From assembly GCA_963675755.2 (NCBI GenBank), contig CAXXMD010000003.1, forward strand, positions 1,568,001 through 1,632,000: 64,000 nucleotides of DNA. Direction: 5' to 3'. Position 1 is the stretch's first letter. Every line of letters starts with the position of its first letter. Under the pieces are notes generated by a model that saw only the letters and a program-made list of their open reading frames with translations, searched no databases and was not told where the DNA came from. A program made the translations under genes and the position numbers. The stretch comes from a bacterium. Lineage in GTDB: Bacteria; Zhuqueibacterota; Zhuqueibacteria; Residuimicrobiales; Krinioviventaceae. Shown one piece after another: positions 52,424-59,826 of this stretch.

Positions 52424-52873
52424 ATGACAAAAGAACCAGAAGTCAGTCAGGGACGAAGACGGTTTATTGGATGGGGATTACTGTCCAGTTTATCAGCTTT
52501 TACAGCAATGTTGATATACCCGGTCGTTCGTTTTGTAATGCCACCGCCAATTGCCGAATCTGTTCAAAATTCTGTTAAAGCTGCTACAGTAAATGAACTC
52601 AAGCCTAATAGCGGCAAAAATTTTCCATTTAACAACAAGCCGGCAATTTTGATCCGGTTGCCAAACGGAGAATACAGAGCGTTTTCCGCTGTATGTACCC
52701 ATTTGCAGTGTACTGTACAATATAGAGAAGATTTTAAGCAAATATGGTGCGCATGTCATAACGCCCGGTTTGATTTGAATGGTAATATTGCATCAGGACC
52801 ACCACCGGCTCCTCTCGAGTCATTTGATGTTAACATAAGTGGTGACGATGTTATTGTTTCCAAACCAAGTTAG
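52424..52873 (+). CDS. Rieske 2Fe-2S subunit of a bc/b6f-type complex
   Basis: Tat GRRRF plus TM anchor; CTHLQC and CACH boxes; GPPPAPL. Confidence 0.95.
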   Translation: MTKEPEVSQGRRRFIGWGLLSSLSAFTAMLIYPVVRFVMPPPIAESVQNSVKAATVNELKPNSGKNFPFNNKPAILIRLPNGEYRAFSAVCTHLQCTVQYREDFKQIWCACHNARFDLNGNIASGPPPAPLESFDVNISGDDVIVSKPS

Positions 52874-52878
52874 GAGAG

Positions 52879-53961
52879 TTGTCCGTGAAAGTGGAAAAAA
52901 TAAAAAACTGGTTCAATGAGCGGCTGGATTTTAGCGGCATAGTAAAATTTTCAGAGAAAAAAGTAGTACCGGTGCACAAACACCATTTCTGGTATGGTAT
53001 AGGTGGTATTACTTTGTTTTTATATGTCATCCAGGTGTTGACCGGAATTCTTTTGCTTCTTTATTATCGTCCTTCTGCTGAATCTGCTTTTGAATCTGTA
53101 GAATTTATCATGACGTCAGTCAAGTATGGTTGGCTCATACGCTCAATTCACAGTTGGGGCGCAAATTTAATGATATTTTTTCTTTTTATTCACATGTTTA
53201 GCACTTTTTTTATGAAAGCATATCGCAAACCCCGTGAAATGACCTGGATCTCTGGTGCGTTTTTGCTTATTCTTGCCCTTGCATTTGGTTTTTCTGGCTA
53301 CCTGTTACCCTGGAACAAGCTTGCGTTTTTTGCTACCAAAGTTGGTACAGAAATGGCGGCCGTTGTTCCATTCATTGGGCATGAAATATTAATTTTTCTG
53401 CGAGGGGGAGAAGAGGTAACGGGTGCCACGCTTACCCGTTTTTTCGGTTTTCATGTTGCCCTGTTGCCGATGGTAACAGCGATATTCCTGTTAGTGCATT
53501 TGTTACTCATACAGGCACAAGGAATGAGTGTACCTCCTTCGCTAACACCTGAATATGAGAAAAATCCCAAGAGTATGAAATTCTTCCCTGATTTTATTTT
53601 GCGTGATGCAGTTGGCTGGTTACTTGTTCTGGGATTGCTGGGAGTGCTTGCGGCAATCTTTCCCTGGGAGTTGGGAGAAAAAGCAGATCCCTATGCATCT
53701 GCACCCTCGGGTATAAAACCCGAGTGGTTTTTCGTTTTTTTGTTTCAAACTTTGAAATATATACCTGGCAAGATTTTAATTTTCAATGGTGAATCACTTG
53801 CCATTATGGGTATTGCAGTGGGAATCGTTATCTGGATTTTTATTCCGTTCTTTGATAAAAGAGCGCAAGCGGGTAAACCCAGCCCTGCATTTACTGTAAT
53901 AGGTATTTTTCTTGTACTGTATATTCTGGTTCTAACAGCTATATCTTATATCTTTGATTAA
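52879..53961 (+). CDS. Cytochrome b (fused b6 + subunit IV type)
   Basis: [36 protein letters not shown] Qo motif. Confidence 0.95.
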   Translation: MSVKVEKIKNWFNERLDFSGIVKFSEKKVVPVHKHHFWYGIGGITLFLYVIQVLTGILLLLYYRPSAESAFESVEFIMTSVKYGWLIRSIHSWGANLMIFFLFIHMFSTFFMKAYRKPREMTWISGAFLLILALAFGFSGYLLPWNKLAFFATKVGTEMAAVVPFIGHEILIFLRGGEEVTGATLTRFFGFHVALLPMVTAIFLLVHLLLIQAQGMSVPPSLTPEYEKNPKSMKFFPDFILRDAVGWLLVLGLLGVLAAIFPWELGEKADPYASAPSGIKPEWFFVFLFQTLKYIPGKILIFNGESLAIMGIAVGIVIWIFIPFFDKRAQAGKPSPAFTVIGIFLVLYILVLTAISYIFD

Positions 53962-53977
53962 AGAATGAGGTAATCTT

Positions 53978-55216
53978 TTGAAAACATATCGGATTGTTTT
54001 AGTTTTGATATTGTTGACAGGTTATTTTGCAGCAGGACAAGAGAACCATTGTATAACCTGCCATCAGGAGCTGGATGCTTCACTGGCTTTACCCGTTTCA
54101 GAAATGAAAGATGGTGTGCATTTTTTGTCGGGTATTTTGTGTAATGATTGCCATGGGGGTGATCCAACCACAGATGATCCTGAACTTTCTATGGATCCTG
54201 CAAAGGGATTTGTCGGTACACCGCAATTCAAAGATATTGCAATACTTTGTGCCGGCTGCCATAGCGATGCGGTTTATATGAGAAAATTTAATCCCAATGT
54301 TTCTACGGAACAATATAGCAGGTACCAAACAAGCCAGCATGGGATTTTACAGGCCCAGGGAGATATTAAAGTAGCAACGTGTACCAGTTGTCATGGTGTC
54401 CACAATATTAAAAAAGTCAGTGATCCTACAGCAACAGTTTATCCTGTGAATTTGGCTGACCAATGCGGCAAGTGCCATGCTGACAAGGAATATATGCAGG
54501 AATATGGGATAGACACACAACAGCTTGAGCATTACAAGAACAGTGTCCATGCAAAAATGCTTTATGATCAGGGGGATATTGGCGCACCAACCTGTAATGA
54601 TTGCCATGGTAATCATGGTGCTACTCCTCCCGGTATTACATCAATAGCATATGTGTGTGGTAATTGTCATATGATTCAACAGGAATATTTCACAGCCAGT
54701 CCACACAAAACGGGATTTGATGAAATGGGTTTTTCGGAATGTGGAGAGTGCCACGGTAATCATGACATTCAGCAAACTAACGATGAAATGCTGGGAGTGG
54801 ACGAGCCCGCCTTGTGTATAAACTGCCATGATTCTGATTCTGATGGTTACGCGGTTGCCATGAAATTAAGAACAGATATTGACTCATTAAAGGCAGTAAT
54901 TGGTATTGCAGAAAAAATGATTTTTGACGCCCAAAAGGCGGGCGTAGAAGTTGTAGATGAAGAAATGAATCTGGCAAAAGCTCAAGAGTCACTTGTTCAT
55001 TATCGCACAATGATTCATACTTTTTCTAAAGAAAAGGTGAATGAGACATTTAAAGCAGGATTAGAGTCTTCAGATAATGCGTATAAAATTGGTCAACAGG
55101 CATTAAAAGAACTGTCAAATCGTAGGATTTTATTGATCATTATGGTCTTGTTGACTCTTTTAGTGGCAACGTTGTTAATTTTTTATATCAAACAAAAAGA
55201 AAACCATATACATTGA
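53978..55216 (+). CDS. 9-heme cytochrome c with C-terminal helical stalk and TM anchor
   Basis: Nine CxxCH (CITCH to CINCH); signal peptide; C-terminal hydrophobic helix; TTG start. Confidence 0.92.
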   Translation: MKTYRIVLVLILLTGYFAAGQENHCITCHQELDASLALPVSEMKDGVHFLSGILCNDCHGGDPTTDDPELSMDPAKGFVGTPQFKDIAILCAGCHSDAVYMRKFNPNVSTEQYSRYQTSQHGILQAQGDIKVATCTSCHGVHNIKKVSDPTATVYPVNLADQCGKCHADKEYMQEYGIDTQQLEHYKNSVHAKMLYDQGDIGAPTCNDCHGNHGATPPGITSIAYVCGNCHMIQQEYFTASPHKTGFDEMGFSECGECHGNHDIQQTNDEMLGVDEPALCINCHDSDSDGYAVAMKLRTDIDSLKAVIGIAEKMIFDAQKAGVEVVDEEMNLAKAQESLVHYRTMIHTFSKEKVNETFKAGLESSDNAYKIGQQALKELSNRRILLIIMVLLTLLVATLLIFYIKQKENHIH

Positions 55217-55225
55217 GAGTAAAAT

Positions 55226-56842
55226 ATGGTAGAAGACAAATTTGATCTTTTGTTGAATCGTCTTGAGAGCCTGGAATCCAGGATCTCTACAATAGAAGGC
55301 TATTTGCGAATTGGGCCGGTAAAAACTGGCCAAAGTTCACACCCGGTTACCAAAAATGCAGATTCAGATCAGTCTTTGGAATTTACAATCGGCGAATTCT
55401 GGCTGGCACAGGTAGGTGCTGTTTTACTCATGCTGGGAGTGGCTTTTTTTATCAGTTACCCCATACCGGGTATTCCGGCCATTGCTGCAAGTTTATTGGG
55501 ATATGTTGCCGTGGCAGCGCTTATGGCATTGTCCCGATACTGGCAGGAAAATTATAATTATCTCTCACGGATTTTGTTTGGCGGAGGGCTGCTATTGATC
55601 TATTTTGCAACACTGCGGTTGCATTTTTATAGTACAGACCCTCTGATTTCTTCCACATTTCTGGGTGTATTACTGGTATTTATGGTATTAACGATTATAC
55701 TGTATATTGCGGTCAAGCGCAAATCCGGTTTTGTTGTTTCCATGGTCCTGCTGTTATTTCTGTTCTCCGGGCTGATTAGCGAATCGCCTTTGTTCTCTTT
55801 GGTGGTCATTACAATAACCGGCTTGATTACCGTTTCCCTGTTGTTTCGGACCAACTGGCATGGTGTTGCAACAAGTGGATTGTTTTTTGTTTATTGTGCA
55901 CATTTGTTGTGGCTTTTGAATAATCCGCTTGTTGGCAATACATTACAGCCGGCACCAGGCCATGGTTTTAATCTTTTTTTCCTGGCAATGTATGCGTCTG
56001 CATTTGCTGTAATTAACCGGTTTCGTAATCCGGAACAATATCCATTGTTTTTTGAAATTTTGATTTCGGTTGTTAACAGTCTCGGGATTTTTCTTGTTGG
56101 TGCCTTGAACATTTTGTTTTATTTCAAGGAACAGTCGAGTATTTTGGGGTTTTTAACATTTTTATATTTCATTATTGCCGCAATAATAAACTACAAGCAC
56201 ACCAAAGGAAATTTTTCTGCACCCATAACCGCATCTTTTGGATTTATTGCGCTTTCTTTTTCAATTTTTACCCAGTTTAACAATCCTGATTATTTCTTTT
56301 GGCTGGCTTTACAGAGTTTAATGGTGATTGTTTTTGCGTTATGGTTCAGGTCTCGTTTAATAGTTGTTGCAAATATATTCATTTTCCTGTTTATATATGC
56401 ACTGTATCTGATTATATCTGAACCGAATGGATTGATCAATTTGAGTTTTGCGTTGTCGTCTTTGGCAAGTGCGAGAATTTTAAACTGGAAAAAAGAGAGA
56501 CTTTTAATCAAAACCGATATGATGCGAAATTTATATCTGGTTTGTGCATTTTTTATTGTTCTCTATGGCCTCTTCCATGCGGTACCTGAAAACATTGTCA
56601 GTCTCTCATGGATGGGTGCTGCAATATTTTATTTTGTGCTGAGTCTGCTTTTAAAAAATATCAAATATCGCTGGATGTCGATATTGACCGTATTTGCTAC
56701 AGTATTGCATGTGATCTTTTATGATATGTCTAACGTAGCTTCAGGATTCAGAATTGTTGTTTTCCTTGCAATTGGTCTTCTGATTTTGTTGTTTTCTGTC
56801 GTATATTCAAGATATAATAAAAAATTATCACGAATTCACTAA
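55226..56842 (+). CDS. DUF2339-like polytopic membrane protein
   Basis: N-terminal coiled RLESLESRI, LEFTIGEFWLAQVG, many TM helices, C-terminal RIVVFLAIG. Confidence 0.7.
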   Translation: MVEDKFDLLLNRLESLESRISTIEGYLRIGPVKTGQSSHPVTKNADSDQSLEFTIGEFWLAQVGAVLLMLGVAFFISYPIPGIPAIAASLLGYVAVAALMALSRYWQENYNYLSRILFGGGLLLIYFATLRLHFYSTDPLISSTFLGVLLVFMVLTIILYIAVKRKSGFVVSMVLLLFLFSGLISESPLFSLVVITITGLITVSLLFRTNWHGVATSGLFFVYCAHLLWLLNNPLVGNTLQPAPGHGFNLFFLAMYASAFAVINRFRNPEQYPLFFEILISVVNSLGIFLVGALNILFYFKEQSSILGFLTFLYFIIAAIINYKHTKGNFSAPITASFGFIALSFSIFTQFNNPDYFFWLALQSLMVIVFALWFRSRLIVVANIFIFLFIYALYLIISEPNGLINLSFALSSLASARILNWKKERLLIKTDMMRNLYLVCAFFIVLYGLFHAVPENIVSLSWMGAAIFYFVLSLLLKNIKYRWMSILTVFATVLHVIFYDMSNVASGFRIVVFLAIGLLILLFSVVYSRYNKKLSRIH

Positions 56843-56901
56843 CACATGGAAGGATTATTGTTTATATTTTAATATAAAATCACAAGTAAAAGGGGCAAAA
56901 T

Positions 56902-58404
56902 ATGAAATTGCGTCTACCTTTCAGTTATTACAATACGATTTCGTATGCTGGTACTGCTTTGGCGTTAATAGCATTTTTTATGTTTGTATTTTTATATGTT
57001 TTGTCATCCATTACCGGAGCAGATAAAGCATATATGGGACTCGTGATTTTTATTCTCATTCCTTCATTTATTATACTCGGTCTTTTATTGATTCCTGCCG
57101 GAATGATATTAAAAATTAGAAAAATCAAAAAGTTCGGAGAAGGAGAGCACGAAGATTTTCCTGTTCTCAATTTAAATCTGCCCAATCACCGGAACGGAGT
57201 GATTATTTTTACAATTGTGACCTGTATATTTTTCTTTCTTTCAGCATTGGGGAGTTATGAGGCGTATCATTATACCGAGTCGAACCGGTTTTGTGGTACA
57301 TTGTGTCATTCTTTAATGATTCCCGAGTATACCGCTTATCAGGCGTCACCTCATGCACGTGTACATTGTGCGGAATGTCATATTGGAACGGGTGCGAGCT
57401 GGTGGGTAAAATCAAAAATGAGTGGTTTAAAGCAGGTTTACGCAACATTGACCAATACTTATCCTAAACCTGTACCTACACCCATAGAGAATCTTCGCCC
57501 GGCCCGTGAAACGTGTGAAGAATGTCACTGGCCGCAAAAAATATATGGAAAGCAGCAGCGTATAGAATACTATTATCTTGCTGATGAAGAGAATACGCGC
57601 TGGGAGATTGACATGCTGATGAATACCGGTGGTGGAAATCCTAGCATGGGTCAATCGACGGGTATTCACTGGCATATTAATCCTGATATTAAAATCGAGT
57701 ATATCACTACAGATGAAAAAAGAGAAACCATTCCTCAGGTTATTCTGACCAATAAAGTTACCGGCAAGGTTACAACGTATAACAATACCGATGAACCTCT
57801 TGACGAGGATGCAGAATATACTGAAAGACGCACAATGGATTGTATTGACTGTCATAACCGCCCCAGTCATATTTATAATGATCCTTCCAGCTTTGTGAAT
57901 GTTGCAATTGCAAGTGGTCAGATAGATGTTTCTTTACCCATGGTAAAGCAAGCTGCTATTGAAGCATGTATACAGGAATATGAATCAACAGAACTGGCAA
58001 TGGAAGGTATTAAAGAGTATTTGACAACTTTTTATGAAGAGAATTATCCGGATGCCATATTAAACAAGGGTAAACTGCTAAAATCTATCATTGGTGTACA
58101 GGAAGCTTTTGCAAAAAACATTTTCCCGGAAATGAATGTAACCTGGGAGGGCTACCCAAACCATATAGGTCATATGACCTCAAATGGATGTTTCAGGTGT
58201 CATGATGATTTACATGAAAGTGATGATGGTGATGTTATATCGAAAACCTGTAATGATTGTCATTTAATAACGGCACAGGGTAAAGAAGAGGATGTTCAAT
58301 TTACATCCACCCGAAATGCTCTTGATTTTGTTCATCCGGTTGATATTGATGGAGAATGGCAATATCTTAATTGCAGCGAGTGTCATTCATCTCCGCCAAT
58401 ATAA
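56902..58404 (+). CDS. NapC/NirT-related 7-heme membrane quinol dehydrogenase (ImcH-like)
   Basis: Three N-terminal TM helices; CGTLCH (CX3CH) plus six CxxCH; TESNRFCG, KMSGLKQVY, LRPARETCEECH, MDCIDCHNRPSH. Confidence 0.88.
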   Translation: MKLRLPFSYYNTISYAGTALALIAFFMFVFLYVLSSITGADKAYMGLVIFILIPSFIILGLLLIPAGMILKIRKIKKFGEGEHEDFPVLNLNLPNHRNGVIIFTIVTCIFFFLSALGSYEAYHYTESNRFCGTLCHSLMIPEYTAYQASPHARVHCAECHIGTGASWWVKSKMSGLKQVYATLTNTYPKPVPTPIENLRPARETCEECHWPQKIYGKQQRIEYYYLADEENTRWEIDMLMNTGGGNPSMGQSTGIHWHINPDIKIEYITTDEKRETIPQVILTNKVTGKVTTYNNTDEPLDEDAEYTERRTMDCIDCHNRPSHIYNDPSSFVNVAIASGQIDVSLPMVKQAAIEACIQEYESTELAMEGIKEYLTTFYEENYPDAILNKGKLLKSIIGVQEAFAKNIFPEMNVTWEGYPNHIGHMTSNGCFRCHDDLHESDDGDVISKTCNDCHLITAQGKEEDVQFTSTRNALDFVHPVDIDGEWQYLNCSECHSSPPI

Positions 58405-58454
58405 CGGAATAAATAGATTAATGATATGGTTCTAAAATATAGCAAAGCTACCTA

Positions 58455-58638
58455 ATTCACGCTACGTTGGGTTGCTGACAGGGAGCGACTCAATGTGAAT
58501 ACGGATGCCCTGTTGAAAGGAGGTGATCTTATTATTCATAGTACGATAATAAGAGCCTCCGGTGAAGCTTGTTAGCACCAGGTAATCCGGATGCTTATAG
58601 TTTAATAACCCCGCTTATACATTTGGCGGGGTTTTTTT
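58455..58638 (+). ncRNA. Candidate structured ncRNA (pseudoknot, extended SD, terminator)
   Basis: Nested stems, loop GACAGGG complementary to CCCTGTT, GAAAGGAGGTGATC, terminal terminator hairpin. Confidence 0.55.
58607..58638 (+). terminator. Rho-independent terminator
   Basis: AACCCCGC...GCGGGGTTTTTTT. Confidence 0.8.
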
Positions 58639-58682
58639 ATATAATGATTGTAATAGTTTCAAGTTATTTATACATTGTAAAC

Positions 58683-59768
58683 ATGAAAAAATGTATGTTA
58701 AAAATTAATGTGAGCGCAATAGTTTTATTGCTGCTATTCGTTCTTGCGCATGCACAGGATGAAAACAGAAACAGTCTGGTTGCACTTCCATATGCTTATT
58801 TTACACCGGAAACGGATATTGCGGCAGGCGTAGGAAGTGTTTATTCTTTTAGAGCTGCAGACAGCAAGCCGGATATTCGCCCATCGAACATCAAGGTTGC
58901 ACTGACGTTTACACAGAGAAAACAGTTATTGTTTGCCATACAACCCGAGCTTTATTTTAATAACGAAGCATGGCTTGTAAACGGTACCTATAATTATTAT
59001 AAATATCCTGATAAATACTGGGGGGCAGGCATCAATACTCCCGATGAAAACGAAGAGGATTTTACTCCATCGTTAATCCGGACTTTTACCAACATCCAAA
59101 AGCGAATTTTACCGGGATTGTATACCGGTATCCGCTACCAGTTTGAGTATATTGCGTTAAAAGAAACAGACCCCAATGGTGTATTGCAGTACAAAACAAT
59201 TCCGGGAAGTGGTGACGGGGCGGCATCGGGTTTGGGTATTCTTGTAAACTGGGATACACGTAATCATACGTATTTTCCAACGAGTGGTCATTATCATCAG
59301 TTTTATGCGGTTTCTTTTGGTTCTGCAATTGGTAGTGATTTTGATTTTACAATGTACACCCTGGATCTGCGCCACTATATGCCGATATTCAAGAGCCATG
59401 TGCTTGCCTTTCACAGTTATAATATCTTTATTGACGGAAATCCCCCTTTTCAGATGATGGGATTACTTGGCGGTTCTTATTGGATGCGGGGTTATTATTT
59501 TGGCCGGTATCGGGATAATAACATGATAACCATGCAAACCGAGTATAGATATCCATTATTCTGGCGCTTTGGCGGTGTATTTTTTGCCGGTTTGGGTGAT
59601 GTTGCGTGCAAGATTGACCATTTTCACTTGCGGGATTTTAAAGTCAGTTATGGTGCGGGAATTCGGTTCATGTTTGATACACGTGAAAAAATCAATGCCC
59701 GATTGGATCTGGGTTTTGATGAGTGGGGAACCATGTCTATTTATGCATTGGTGGTTGAAGCGTTCTAG
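58683..59768 (+). CDS. Omp85/BamA-TamA family beta-barrel protein lacking POTRA domains
   Basis: Signal peptide; ALPYAYFTPET, WDTRN, LGGSYWMRGY, GAGIRF, RLDLGF, terminal EAF. Confidence 0.85.
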   Translation: MKKCMLKINVSAIVLLLLFVLAHAQDENRNSLVALPYAYFTPETDIAAGVGSVYSFRAADSKPDIRPSNIKVALTFTQRKQLLFAIQPELYFNNEAWLVNGTYNYYKYPDKYWGAGINTPDENEEDFTPSLIRTFTNIQKRILPGLYTGIRYQFEYIALKETDPNGVLQYKTIPGSGDGAASGLGILVNWDTRNHTYFPTSGHYHQFYAVSFGSAIGSDFDFTMYTLDLRHYMPIFKSHVLAFHSYNIFIDGNPPFQMMGLLGGSYWMRGYYFGRYRDNNMITMQTEYRYPLFWRFGGVFFAGLGDVACKIDHFHLRDFKVSYGAGIRFMFDTREKINARLDLGFDEWGTMSIYALVVEAF

Positions 59769-59791
59769 TCACCCAAGTTTTAAATATAAGT

Positions 59792-59826
59792 AAAAAGGCA
59801 AAGGATAACTCCTTTGCCTTTTTTTT
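59792..59826. terminator. Bidirectional terminator between convergent genes
   Basis: AAAAAGGCAAAGGA-TAAC-TCCTTTGCCTTTTTTTT. Confidence 0.85.

Noticed and set aside
58515-58528. Possible 16S rRNA 3'-end fragment on the minus strand
   Set aside because: Match limited to 14 nt; flanks do not resemble rRNA helix 45
58441-58565. Resemblance to Moco (CCTAA..GCTACG, CAGGG, GAAAGG) or c-di-GMP-I (GCAAAGC, GCCTCCGG) riboswitches
   Set aside because: Only scattered words match; the GNRA-capped stems and motif order are missing, and a stronger alternative fold exists. Left unassigned pending cmscan
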